Positions 12,318-24,566 of a stretch of DNA of 64,000 bases are shown here, piece after piece. The DNA is taken from positions 167,526,001 through 167,590,000 of the forward strand of contig CM059425.1 in the NCBI GenBank assembly GCA_030390025.1. The letters run 5' to 3'. Each line of letters opens with the position of its first letter. Within the stretch, counting starts at the first letter, position 1. The position numbers and the translations under genes were made by a program. A model generated the notes under the pieces. The model did not search any database. It worked only from the letters and a program-made list of their open reading frames with translations, and had not been told where the DNA came from. The DNA comes from Squalus acanthias. Taxonomy: Eukaryota.

Positions 12318-13314
12318 TGAGTGTCTCTGCTTCCACCACTTCTGTCGGCATCGAATTCCAGGTCATCACCACTCGCTGCGTAAAAAAGTTTTTCCTTACA
12401 TTGCCCCTTTATCTCTTGCCCAAAACCTTAAATCTGTGTCCCCTAGTCCTTGTACCATCAACTAGTGGGAACAGCCTTTCCCCATCTAGCCTATCCAAGC
12501 CCGTCATAATCTTGTACACCTCTATCAAATCACCCCTCAACCTCCTTTGCTCTAATGAAAACAAATCCAGCTTGTCCAACCTGTCCTTGCATCGAAGATC
12601 CCCCATTCCCAGAACCATTCTGGTAAATCTCCTCTGCACCCTCTCAAGGGCCTTCACATCCTTCCTAAAGTGTGGTGACCAGAACTGGATGCAATACTCC
12701 AGTTGTGGCCTAACCAGGGTTTATAAAGGTTCAGCATAACTTCTCTACTTTTGTACTCAATACCTCTATTTATGAAGCCCAAGATCCCATATGCTTTGTT
12801 AACCACTCTCTCAATATGTTCAGGGACCTATGCACATTAACTCCCAGGTCCCTCTGTCCCTGCACATTCTTTAAAACTGTGCCATTAAGTGTATATTGCC
12901 TCTCCCTGTTCCTTCTGCTAAAATGCATCACCTCACACTTCTCTGTATTTAATTTCATCTGCCACTTGTCTGCCCATTCTGCTAGCCTTTCTATGTCCTG
13001 TTGCAGTCGATTGGTATTATCCTCATTGTATGCCACTCCTCCACGTTTGGTGTTATCAGCAAATTTAGAAATTCTACTCTGTATTACAATATCCAAGTCA
13101 TTTATATATATCAAAAAAAGCAGTGGCCCCAGCACTGACCCTTGGGGAACACCACTGTCTACCATCCTCCAGTCTGAAAACAGTGAAAGTGTAAGCTAAA
13201 AAAATATTGATTTTGCTTCACCAAGTAATTAAATAAAGAGTAAGCACTTTTAGCCAGGAACTGGCTGTTAGATGCTTGATTGAATTTCTTAATAAGATGC
13301 ATTCATAGTGTGTA

Positions 13315-13700
13315 TTGGATGATGTAGTGGGTTATTGCCCAATCCTTTCACCTCTGGAACCTGGTTTGAATCCAGTCTAGACTGATGACATGAGTCATCA
13401 GTAAGGGTCCTAAGTGAAATTACTTTGGACAGTCTCAACCAAACTCCTATTAGGCACAAGTCCATACTACAAAGCTATTTGTAATTCAACACTAAATTGG
13501 TGGTCTTGTTCAGATAAATGACTAGGATATCTGAAGCAGGAAATGGAAATATCTCAATTGCGCAGTCAGAGTTGCTCTTTTGAGATTGTGGCAATAGAGT
13601 ACAGAGTACTCTCCAACTGACTGTACAATATCTGGAGCGTATGATACTGAAATTGTTGCAAAAATTAGAATGATGTTCTATTCACTGGTACTAATATATC
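13315..13700 (+). mobile_element. Highly diverged tRNA-derived SINE (ancient, AmnSINE2/LF-SINE-like head)
   Basis: GATGTAGTGGGTTA...CCTTTCACCTCTGGAACCTGGTTTGAATCCAG resembles an A/B-box head. The rest is weak. Confidence 0.4.
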
Positions 13701-14179
13701 TCCTCTTAATAATGCAGGTTCCAAAGAAGGTAATATATGCATAGCAAAAAGGAAAATCTCAAATGCATTAGCTCATATTGATATTCATCTAATCAATTTA
13801 ATAATGTACAGTAAATAGAGTTTGCATTGATTACACTGAGCCTGCACATAACACTGATCTCTTCAGCTTTTAATGCATTTCCAGTCCAGGGAAAAATTGA
13901 CCCCCATTTGAGTGGAAAGCAAAATGGGGTAAAACAAATTCAGTTTATTGAGACTAGAGGCCAGTTATTACTCTCTATAGTCCAGACCACATGCCATGTT
14001 GCAGATCAGTCTTATACGTCCTGCGAGAAACAATTTCAGCAATAATCTTGTAGTTTATTGCCACAACCTCAAATAGCAACTACTGTGCAATTGAGATATT
14101 TCTATTGCTTGCATCCCATATCCTAGTAGTTTCACTGAATTAGACCACCAACTTAGTGTCAAATTACAGATTTTGTCAG

Positions 14180-17100
14180 ATACCGAGAGCTCAATACTAT
14201 GGAAAGCCTGGAGGAGTATAGAAAGTGCATGGGTGAAATTAAAAAGGAATTTAGGAAAGCAAAAAGAGGGCATGAAAAAATATTGACAAGTAAAATCAAG
14301 GAAAACCCAAAGATGTTTTATAAATACATAATGAGCAAGAGAATAACTAAGGAAAGAGTAGGGCCTATTAGAGAACAAAAAGGTAACCTGTGTTTGGAGG
14401 CAGAAGACGTGGGTATGGTTCTTAATGAATACTTTGCGCCCGTCTTCACAGATGCCGACATTGTAGTTAAGGGGGAGGAGTGTGAAATATTAGCTGGGAT
14501 AAACAGAGAGAGAGGAAGTATTAAGAGGTTTAGCATCTTTGAAAGTAGATAAATCACCAGACCCAGATGAAATGTAACACAGGCTGTTAAGAAAGGCAAG
14601 GGAGGTAATAGCGGAGGCTCTGACCATCATTTTCCTATCATCTCTGGCTACAGGCATGGTGCCAGAGGACTACTAACATTGTGCCATTGTTTAAAAAAGG
14701 AGAAAGGGATAGACCAAGTAATTACAGGCCAGTCAGCCTAAGCTTGGTGGTGGGAAAATTATTGGAAAAAATTCTGAGGGACAGTATAAATCATCATTTA
14801 GAAAATCATGGATTAATAAGAACATAAGAAATAAGAGCAGGAGTAGGCCATACGGCCCCTCGAGCCTGCTCTGCCATTCAATAAAATCATGGCTGATCAT
14901 CGATCTCAACTCCACTTTCCCGCCCAATCTCCATATCCCTTGATTCCCCTAGTGTCCAAGGACAGTCAGCATGGCTTTGTTGAGGGAAGGTCATGTCTGA
15001 CTAACTTGATTGAATTTTTTGAGGAGGTAACGAGGAAGGTCAATGAGGGTAGTGTATTTGATGTAGTCTACATGGATTTTAGCAAGACCTTTGATAAGGT
15101 CCCACATGGCAGGTTTGTCAAAAAAGTAAAAGCCCATGGAATCCAAGGGAAAGTGGCAAGTTGGATCCAAAATTGGCTCAGTGGCAATAAGCAAAGGATA
15201 ATGGTCGACGGGTGTTTTTGTGTATGGAAGGCTATTTACAGTGGGGTTCCACAGGGCTCAGTACTAGGTCCCTTGCTTTTTTTGGTATATATCAATGATT
15301 TAGACTTCAATATAGGGGGCATGATTAAGAAACTTGCAGATGATACAAAAATTGGTCGTGTGGTTGATACTGAGGAAGAAAACTGTAGACTGCAGGAAGA
15401 TATCAATGGACTGGTCAGGTGGGCAGAAAAATGGCAAATGGAATTCAATCCGGAGAAGTGTGAGGTAATACATTTGAGGAGGGCTAACAAGGCAGGGAAT
15501 ACACAATAAATGGTAGGATACTGAGAAATGTAGAGGAACAGAGGGACCTTGGAGTGCATGTCCACAGATCCCTGAAGGTAACAGGACAGGTAGATAAAGT
15601 GGTTAAGAAGGCATACAGGATACTTTCCTTTATTAGCCAAGGCATAGAATATAAGAGCAGAGAGGTTATGCTGGAACTGTATAAGATACTAGTTAGGCCA
15701 TAGCTAGAGTACTACATACAATTCTGGTCACCACATTACAGGAAAAATGTGACTGCATTAGAGAGAGTACAGAGGAGATTTACGAGGATGTTGCCAGGAC
15801 TGGAGAATTTTAGCTATGAGGAAAGATTGGATAGGCTACGGTTGTTTTCTTTGGAACACAGGTGGCTAAGGGGAGACTTAATTGAAGTGTATAAAATTAT
15901 GAGGGCCCTAGATATAGTGGATAGGAAGCACCTATTTCCCTTAGAAGAGGGGTCAATAACTAGTGCCTTGTAACTAGTGGGGTACCGCAAGGATCAGTGC
16001 TTGGCCCTCAGCTATTCACAATCTACATCAATGATTTGGATGAGGGGACAAAATGTAATATATCCAAGTTTGCTGATGATACAAAGTTGGGTGGGAATGT
16101 AAGTTGCGAGGAGGATGCAAGGAGGCTTCAAGGGGATACAGACAGGCTACGTGAGTGGGCAAGAACATGGCAAATGTAATATAATGTGGAGAAATGTGAA
16201 GTTAGTAGGAAAAATAGAAAAGCAGAGTATTTTTTAAATGGTGAGAGATTGGGAAATGTTGGTGTTCAAAGGGACCTGGGTGTCCTTGTACACAAATCAC
16301 TGAAAGTTAACATGCAGGTACAGCAAGGAATTAAGAAAGCAAATGGTATGTTGGCCTTTATTACAATAGAATTTGAGTATAAGAGTAAAGACGTCTTACT
16401 GCAATTACATAGGGCCCTGGTGAGACCACACCTGGAGTTCTGACGAAGGGTCATCGACCTGAAACGTTAACTCTGTTTCTCTCTCCACAGATGCTGCCAG
16501 ACCTGCTGAGTATTTCCAGCATTTTCTGTTTTTATTTCAGATTTCCAGCATCTGCAGTATTTTGCTTTTGCCTGGAGTATTGTGTACAGTTTTGGTCTCC
16601 TTACCTAAGGAAGGATATACTTGCCATAGAGGGAGTGCAACGAAGGTTCACCAGACTGGTTCCTGGGATGGGGGGATTGTCCTATGAGGGCAGATTGAGT
16701 AGACTAGGCCTATATTCTCTAGAGTTTAGAAGAATGAGAGGTGATCGATAGATTTTTGGATATTAAGGGAATTAAGGGATATGGGTATAGTGCAGGAAAG
16801 TGGAGATGAGGTAAAAGATCAGCCATGATCTTATTGAATGGTGGAGCAGGCTCGAAGGGCCAAATGGCCTACTCCTGCTCCTATTTCTTATAACCAGGGG
16901 ACATAGATTTGAAGTAATTGGTAGAAGGATTAGAGGGAAGTTGAGCAGAATTTTTTTCACCCAGAGGGTGGTGGGGGTCTGGATCTCACTGCCTTAAAGG
17001 GTGGTAGAGGCAGAAACCCTAATCACATTTAAAAGGTACTTGGCTATGTACCTGAGGTGCCATAAACTGCAAGGCTACGGACCAAGAGCTCGAAAGTGGG

Positions 17101-17185
17101 AATAGGCTGGATAGTTCTTTTTCGAACGGCGCAGACACATTGGGCCGAATGGCCTCCTTCTGTGCTGTAAATTTCTATGATTCTA
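14180..17185 (+). mobile_element. Degraded CR1 ORF2 with nested CR1 pieces (minus-strand tail ~14818-14957, plus-strand fragment ~15961-16890)
   Basis: SQHGFVEGRSCLTNLIEFFEEV, VYMDFSK and [10 protein letters not shown] peptides. The host reading resumes after each insert. Confidence 0.85.
16439..16570 (+). mobile_element. 132-bp PLE pLTR mini-insertion starting at a hammerhead ribozyme
   Basis: 8-bp TSD CCTGGAGT (16431-16438 and 16571-16578) in the CR1 RPHLEY codons. Core CTGACGA-AGGGTCATCGACCT-GAAACGTT-AACT. Confidence 0.88.
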
Positions 17186-18537
17186 TACAGATAGCTTTAT
17201 AGTATGGACTTGTCTCTAATCAGTCCGATTGTAACAAGCTTCTTTATATATTTAAGCAAGGCACCTATATCTTCCTTTCCATACATAATATATCCCAAGT
17301 TCTTGGTCTGTATATGATATTCTGTAACAGATCTACACATTACTGAACCTGGTATCATTACACATTCTCTGGCCTGAAAGGATATCTTAGGCAAGGTTGG
17401 CTCAAAAGAGTGGGCTGTTGTTCTAGGTGGTCCAAAGCATGCATCCCTGGAAAATTCATAAAACCATGTGTAAAATGGTACATTTACCTATTCCATTGAT
17501 TGGTTGGTTGATTGATTTTTGTTCCAGGGGTACAACACATCAAATAAGACAGGGTTTTGCATTATATTCAGACAAGATTCACTTACCTCATTAATCAATC
17601 TTATTGAGTTCCAGATGGGAGTATTTCTCTCTATTACTCTCCCCATTTGCTATGCTCTTTTCTCTCACTTATGCTCTCCAAGTATGTCTGTTACTCTCCC
17701 TCTTTCTCCTCATATTTCTCTCAGTGACTATGTCCCTGTACCTCTGTTACTCTGCCTTTCTCTCTGCATTTCTCTGTTACTCTACTTCTGTGCTTTTCTC
17801 TCCCTATTCCCTTTGTTTCAGTTACTTTCCCACTTTCTCCTTGTATTTCTCATTCTGTGGCCTGGTCCCTATGCTCTGTTACTCCCTCTCTTTCCACCTA
17901 TATGTTCTGTTAACCTTCTTTCTTTCTTTCTCTCTTGATACTCTCTGACTGCTCTTGGTGCTTTCTCTGTTACTTCATCAATCTCTCCCAGTCGTGTCCC
18001 TTTCCTCTAGTGATCTCCAACTGATGCCTTTTTTCAACAATTTATCCCAATTGCATTCCACTGAATAGCTAAGCCAGAAGCTATATAACATCTCCCCTAG
18101 CCACCTGGGCCTCTGAAGAACTGATCATTGCACTGTATAAGATGCCTCACCATTCCCCATGCCACAAACAGTTGCTTAATGCTCATTTGGCAAATTAGTA
18201 AGATAGAAAAGATAAATGAGAGCTACATAAAAAAATTAAATGGTTCATCATCTCCCTCCCCCCCCATCAGAGACCTCCCGGGCTCGATTTTAATTCCCGA
18301 GGTGGGTTGGAGTCAGGTTGCGTGGTGGGCGGGCTCCGGAGCCGCTTCTGGCAGGATCAGCTGCTGATGTCCGATTTTGATTCAAGAAGCTTGTTCATTT
18401 CAATGAGGCGCGCTGGCTGGTAAATGAGTGGGATCGGGTCAGCTGGCCGCCTCTGATGACATCATCATAGCTGCTGCTTTTAAAGCTGCCATCCAGCCTG
18501 AGCCTTTCCATTGTGGTTTCCTGCACTTTTAAAAGCT

Positions 18538-20471
18538 ATGACTTCTTCCAGAGGCAAGACAGCTCCTCATTTTAATGATGAGTCCCTCCAAGTTCTTGTG
18601 GATGCTGTCAGAGGGCGCAGGGAGATTATCTTCCCTCCTGATGGCCGGAGGAAGCCTCCTCAGCAGACCAAGGCAGCCTGGCTGCGCATTGCTCAGGAGG
18701 TGAGCGCAAGGTCCATTTATGCACGCTCATGAATCCAGTGCCGCAAAAGGTTTAATGATCTTGTGAGAACATCAAAAGTGAGTATCCCATCTCACTTGCC
18801 TTCACCCTGCTTCCCTTCTCTTCTCATCACCAGCATTCTGTGTTGTAAGCCTCCTCCTTCACATCCCACCTTACTCTTACTTCCCTTGCACCCTTTCCTA
18901 TCCATCTCTGTCTCTGCACTGAATCACTTCAGCATCCTGCCTATGCACCCCTTAGACTCGCTCTCACTGTCATGCAGTGACAACAACTAACAACGCACAG
19001 GGAGCTACCTTCCTCTTGGCACCTTACCCCATCTTCGTCTCCCTCAAAGCTTCTATGGTAGGGATTATTGACCCTCACTCCATCACTGTGGCTGAAACAC
19101 CGCTTGTCTCCCTCCTTGCAGGAAAAGATAGCCCACAATAAGAGGGAGAGAGCAATGACTGGAGGAGGAACACCTACCCTAGCCACATTGACCAGTGCTG
19201 AGGAGGCTGCAAACGAGATTGTTGGTGGTGGCGAGGACCTGGAAGTGGGCGATGGAGAGACGGGCACACTAGAGGAAGCTGGTCACATAATAGAGTTTCA
19301 TTCCTCTCAGAATGCAATGACATATGATGTTCATAGACAATCGCATTGTATCATCTGCTCAAAAGGATGTGTCGGCTACATCAATATCAGATGTCTAATT
19401 CAAGCCTTTACTCTCTCACAGGACCATCGAGCGCCCCCCTCCCCACGATCCAGGACGAAGAGCCGGACAACTCCTCAGAGGAACCTGAAGCCTCTGAGGG
19501 AGCAGCGTCACCAGGACTCAGCATACCCAGCACCAGAGCAGCAACGCACACCTCAGTGGGGCCATTGCGAGTTAGAGTAGTGTTGCCACCTGGTCTATCA
19601 CAGCGCACAAGTGAGCATCAGCAGATAGTAGAGACAGTGACAGCAGTGGAGAGTCCTCGGCAAAGGTCGGAGGACTCCTAGCTCTGCTGAGCTGCATGCA
19701 GACGCTGTGCCTCTGGGGCCATCCAGAAAAAGAGCGTCTCGAGAAATACAGGACCAAGTGCAGGTGGAAGGGTTTGCCTCCAGGGTTAGTGCGAGTGTGG
19801 AGAGAATGGAGGAGTCCATCTGTAACATCAGCACTGCCGTGGTGGAGGCAATGGCGCATGAATGCACCGCCATGGATAGGATGGCTACCTCAGTGGAAAG
19901 GATGGCTACCTCAGTGGAAAGGATGGCTGTGGCCATGGAGGAAATAAGTCGCCAGAGTCATGAAAACATGGTGACTGTTCAAAATAGAATGACATCTCTG
20001 GAGGTACGATGGGCAGCTATTGAGCAGAGAGACCAGAGCTTCATGGACATCCTTTTGAAGAGGACTGCCAGTGCAGATACGGGTCCTCATGGTCCCTCTG
20101 AAGTGCAGCAAGGTGCTCTCCTGCCACTTGCCAGCACTGAGGTGCAGCTGACCCATGAGAGGGATGTTGTTGGCAGGACAGAAGGAAGTGTGGGGTCCTC
20201 TCAAAGCGCTCACACGACCATGCCACTACGGAGTCCTCGGTCAGAGACCCACTTTGCGGAGACAACTGAGATGACCGTGTCAGCCCCTGCACAGCTGCAG
20301 GAAGAGCAGACTGTTGAAGAGCCCTCCCAGGCTCCCAAACCCAGAGGACGCCCGCCAAAGGCATCTAAGCAGGCGCAGCATCCTAGTCAGCAAGGTGCCT
20401 CTACATCTGCTGAAGCCACAGGGGAAGCACCATGTAGAAGCATGCGTAAGAGAAAGATTAAGCACCTATAA
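18538..20471 (+). pseudogene. Three-exon Harbinger Myb/SANT gene with a nonsense codon (18730) and a frameshift (~19677)
   Basis: TAPHFNDESLQVLVDAV...WLRIAQEV and EKIAHNKRERAMTGGG peptides. The C-terminus is homologous to 10361-11323. Confidence 0.8.
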
Positions 20472-20688
20472 TCACAAGGGGAGTCACTTGGGTGATTTTT
20501 TTTTTCTGACTGTTCCTGGTTTATTATCCTTTCGTGATGTTTAAAAAAAAAATGATGTCAAACAATTGATTGTGTGGCCTATATGTTATGGGAAATGGCA
20601 AAAGCACATTAAGGGCTCAGGGCGACTTGCTTTTGTAATGCTGATGGTAAAAGTGATAGGAAATAACAGGGTATAGCAGAGATGAAGT

Positions 20689-22800
20689 ATGATGTTGGAC
20701 AAGTGTCGCCTGCAATTGAGTAGAGTGGATTGGGAAAATAGATTAAAGGGTAAGACGACACATGATCAGTGGTGTACATTCAAGGAGTTATTTTACAACT
20801 TCCAAAAAAAATATATTCCACTGAAAAGAAAAGGGTGTAAAAGAAAGGACAGTCATCCGTGGCTAAGTAAAGAAATTAAGGATAGTATTCGACTAAAAAC
20901 AAGGGCATATAAGGTAGCGAAATCTAGTGGGAGGACAGAGGATTGGGAAAACTTTAAAAGGCAGCAAAAAATAACAAAAAGATTGATTAAGAAAGGGAAG
21001 ATAGATTATGAAAGTAAATTAGCAAAAAATATAAAAACAGATAGTAAGAGTTTTTATAGTTATATAAAAAGAAAAAGGGTGGCTAAAGTAAATGTTGGTC
21101 TCTTAGAGGATGAGACCGGGAAATTAATGGTGGGAAATATGGAGATGGCAAAAACACTGAATGAATATTTTGTATCAGTCTTTACAGTAGAGAACACTGA
21201 GAATATCCCAACACTGGACAAACAGGGGGCTATAGGGGGAGAGGAGCTAAACACGATCAAAATCACTAAGGAAGTGGTACTCGGTAAAATAATGGGACTC
21301 AAGGCGGATAAATCACCTGGACCTGATGGCTTACATCCTAGAGTCTTGAAGGAAGTGGCGGTAGGGATTGTAGATGCATTGGTAATAATTTTTCAAAACT
21401 CCCTGGATTCCGCTAAGGTCCCGGCAGACTGGAAAACTGCTAATGTAACACCCTTATTTAAAAAGGGCAGTAGACAGAAGGCTGGTAACTATAGACCGGT
21501 TAGCCTAACATCTGTGGTAGGTAAAATTTTGGAGTCCATTATTAAGGATACAGTAACAGGACATTTGGATAATCATAATTTAATAGGACAAAGTCAGCAT
21601 GGTTTTACGAAGGGGAAGTCATGTTTGACAAATTTGCTGGAGTTCTTTGAGGAAGTAACATATAGAGTGGATAAAGGGGAACCAGTGGACGTAGTGTATT
21701 TAGACTTCCAAAAGGCATTTGACAAGGTGCCACACAAAAGATTATTGCTTAAGGTAAAAAATCACGGGATTGGGGGTAATATTCTGGCATGGATAGAGGA
21801 TTGGCTATCTAACAGAAAGCAAAGAGTTGGGATAAATGGTTCATTCTCAGACTGGCAATCAGTAACTAGTGGTGTTCCACAGGGGTCAGTGCTGGGTCCC
21901 CAACTCTTCACAATCTATATTAACGATTTGGAGGAAGGGACCAAGTGTAACATATCAAAATTTGCAGATGATACAAAGATGGGAGGGAAAGTAGTGAATG
22001 AGGAGGACATAAAAAACCTGCAAGGGGACATAGACAGGCTAAGTAAGTGGGCAGAGATTTGGCAGATGGAATACAACACTGGAAAGTGTGAGGTGATGCA
22101 CTTTGGCAGGAAAAATCCTAGAGCAATTTATTATCTTAATGGCAAGAAACTGGAGAGTACTGAAGTGCAAAGGGATCTGGGGGTCCTGGTGCACGAAACT
22201 CAAAAGGTTAGTATGCAGGTGCAGCAAGTGATTAAGAAGGCAAATGGAATGTTGGCTTTCATTGCTAGGGGGATAGAATATAAAAATAGGGAGGTATTGC
22301 TTCAGTTGTACAAGGTATTGGTGAGACCGCACCTAGAATACTGCATACAGTTTTGGTGTCCTTACTTAAGGAAAGACATCCTTGCTCTCGAGGCAGTGCA
22401 AAAAAGGTTCACTCGGTTAATCCCGGGGATGAGGGGGTGGTCATATGAGGAGAGGTTGGGTAGATTGGGACTCTACTCATTGGAGTTCAGAAGAATGAGA
22501 GGCGATCTTATTGAAACATTTAAGATTGTGAAGGGGTTGGATCGGGTGGATGCGGGGAGGATGTTCCCGATGACGGGTGAGACGAGAACTAGGGGACATA
22601 GTCTTAGAATAAGGGGCTGCTCTTTCAAAACTGAGATGAGGAGGAACTACTTCACTCAGAGGGTGGTAGGTCCATGGAATATGCTGCCACAAAAAGCTGT
22701 AGAAGCTACAACATTAATTAAATTTAAAACAGAAATAGACAGTTTCCTAGAAGTAAAGGGCATTAAGGGTTACGGGGAGCGGGCAGGAATTTGGACATGA
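20689..22800 (+). CDS. CR1 LINE ORF2, 5'-truncated (tether, RT and C-terminus uninterrupted); the element extends to a tail at ~23031
   Basis: [35 protein letters not shown] and FADD motifs; (TTCTTATG) tail. Confidence 0.93.
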   Translation: MMLDKCRLQLSRVDWENRLKGKTTHDQWCTFKELFYNFQKKYIPLKRKGCKRKDSHPWLSKEIKDSIRLKTRAYKVAKSSGRTEDWENFKRQQKITKRLIKKGKIDYESKLAKNIKTDSKSFYSYIKRKRVAKVNVGLLEDETGKLMVGNMEMAKTLNEYFVSVFTVENTENIPTLDKQGAIGGEELNTIKITKEVVLGKIMGLKADKSPGPDGLHPRVLKEVAVGIVDALVIIFQNSLDSAKVPADWKTANVTPLFKKGSRQKAGNYRPVSLTSVVGKILESIIKDTVTGHLDNHNLIGQSQHGFTKGKSCLTNLLEFFEEVTYRVDKGEPVDVVYLDFQKAFDKVPHKRLLLKVKNHGIGGNILAWIEDWLSNRKQRVGINGSFSDWQSVTSGVPQGSVLGPQLFTIYINDLEEGTKCNISKFADDTKMGGKVVNEEDIKNLQGDIDRLSKWAEIWQMEYNTGKCEVMHFGRKNPRAIYYLNGKKLESTEVQRDLGVLVHETQKVSMQVQQVIKKANGMLAFIARGIEYKNREVLLQLYKVLVRPHLEYCIQFWCPYLRKDILALEAVQKRFTRLIPGMRGWSYEERLGRLGLYSLEFRRMRGDLIETFKIVKGLDRVDAGRMFPMTGETRTRGHSLRIRGCSFKTEMRRNYFTQRVVGPWNMLPQKAVEATTLIKFKTEIDSFLEVKGIKGYGERAGIWT

Positions 22801-24039
22801 GTCTAGGTTCGGATCGGTCATGGCCCTGTGGGTAGTGGAGCGGGCCCAGGGACTGTGTAGCCTGATTCTGCTCCTATTTCGTGTGTGCAATTCTGTTAGA
22901 TGCAGGAGATGGTTCTGTGATAGATAGTAGATTGGCGGTTAGGATCAGATCAGCCATGATCTTATTGAATGGCGGAGCAGGCTCGAGGGGCCGATTGGCC
23001 TACTCCTGCTCCTATTTCTTATGTTCTTATGCAATTGTAGAGCCATATGGTAGCCACCTATGGTTGAAGAGTAAGCTTATGCTAATGTGGCATGGCATTG
23101 TGCATACCCTGCTTGATGGGCAGCAGTGAACTGGAGGGATGCTGCATTGGTCACAACAGGGCATGCAAGGCGCCCCTCATCCTCCTCCTACTCCTCTTCC
23201 CAGGAAGATCTGTGCTGAGCCATGCGACTGCTACTCCCCCGATTATGAGGACCAGGATGAGAGGGCATAAATGTTTCCCAACCCCTTGCTATAGATTTCA
23301 TTTGAGGCAACAAGCTTGCAAGCGCACAGTCGAAGTGGCCTGAAATTATTCCATTCATGTCACACTGCAGATGGGTGTCAGCTTGAACAGTCAGAAGGTC
23401 AGTAGATGTGCAAAATCTTATCCCATACCTGCAACCGCAAAGTTGTTGCATTTGAATGTTAGCCATATTTCAGGGGCGCTTTTAAAGAGCTCCACCAATG
23501 CATACAAATCATGTTCTCCAGCAACTCATCTCCTTGAATCTGGCCTGTTTCTGACAAGTCGGGAAACAGGAGCCAGAAGCCCGAAAATGGGAAACCACTA
23601 TGAAAATAGGATTAGCAAGGCAGTTAACAGGCTGTTAACTGCCTTAACTACCTGTCCCACCGGTTCCAGTCGGGTCAGTTTGGGAGCGGCTGAACAGACA
23701 CTCACGAAAATCGAGTGGGGGTGGGATGGAGGCGGGTTGGGTGTCTGAAGCCATATTTTCCAATTTTCACTATAGACCCGCCTCCAAACCCACCTCCTCA
23801 GGGCTATTAAAATCGAGCCCCCTGTCTCTGAAGATGGTTTCCTCCCAAAGTTTATTGGAATGAGCAGGGACAAGAAATACCATTAGCTTCTCAGATACAT
23901 CAGTGACCTGAATAATAAGATCTTTAATTGGCCTTTTACTCCCTACTTTTTGTTTCAAAACCTCTCATTTGTCTTCATCATGTTAGATGGTGGTTTTTGA
24001 AAATAAATAAATATAAAGATAAAATATTGGTATGTTCAT

Positions 24040-24463
24040 TCATTCCTGAGACGTGGGCATCATTGGCAAGGCCGGCATTTATTACCCATACCTAGTTGCC
24101 CTGAGAAGATGGTGGACCTTCTTTTAAAAACATTGCAGTTTGTGTGGTCTTATATTCCTTGTAGTGGTTTGATACAACTGAGTGGCTTGTTAGGCCACTT
24201 CAGAGGCAGTTAAGAGTCAACCACATTGGTGTGGTAATGGAGTCACATATAGGCCAGGCCAGGTTTCCTTCCTTAAAAGACATCAGTGAACCATCAGTGA
24301 ACCATCAGTTGTGTTTTTACAATAGACCGACAGCTTCATGGTCACTTTTACTGTTACGAGCTTTTCATCTCAAGTTTTTTTTAAACTGAATTCAAATTCT
24401 CTTTATAGAACTTGTGATCTTTGGATTATTAGTCCAGTAACATAACCATGACACTACCGTACC
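24040..24463 (-). mobile_element. Deu-domain SINE (SacSINE1-like)
   Basis: The minus strand shows a tRNA-like head, the Deu-like core GGCCTATATGTGACTCC...GTGGTTGACTCTTAACTGCCTCTGAAGTGGCCT, and a tail shared with the LINE at 61655-62760. Confidence 0.75.
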
Positions 24464-24566
24464 TAAGTTGTGGGGCACACACGTAATTAAAAATCTGCAG
24501 TATCCATTACTTCAAGAGGAAGCAATGTATTTTCAAAGTTAAAGGTGCCACACTATGTGACACTAT

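Larger units (their letters stand above)
8885..13180 (-). mobile_element. CR1 LINE 3' half (8885-9044 plus 12321-13180), split by a Harbinger element
   Basis: [20 protein letters not shown] and RISKFADN peptides. The CR1 sequence is continuous across the TGA duplication. Confidence 0.85.
18280..23820 (+). mobile_element. Second Myb/SANT-carrying non-autonomous Harbinger element, containing a CR1 insertion
   Basis: TIRs GGGCTCGATTTTAAT / ATTAAAATCGAGCCC, TSD CCC/CCT, colinear with 9045-12317. Confidence 0.88.

Noticed and set aside
17197..17394. Possible host exon on the minus strand
   Set aside because: No recognisable protein similarity or partner exons; it cannot be supported from sequence alone.
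17519..17948. Hydrophobic ORFs resembling membrane proteins
   Set aside because: They come from CT-rich low-complexity sequence.
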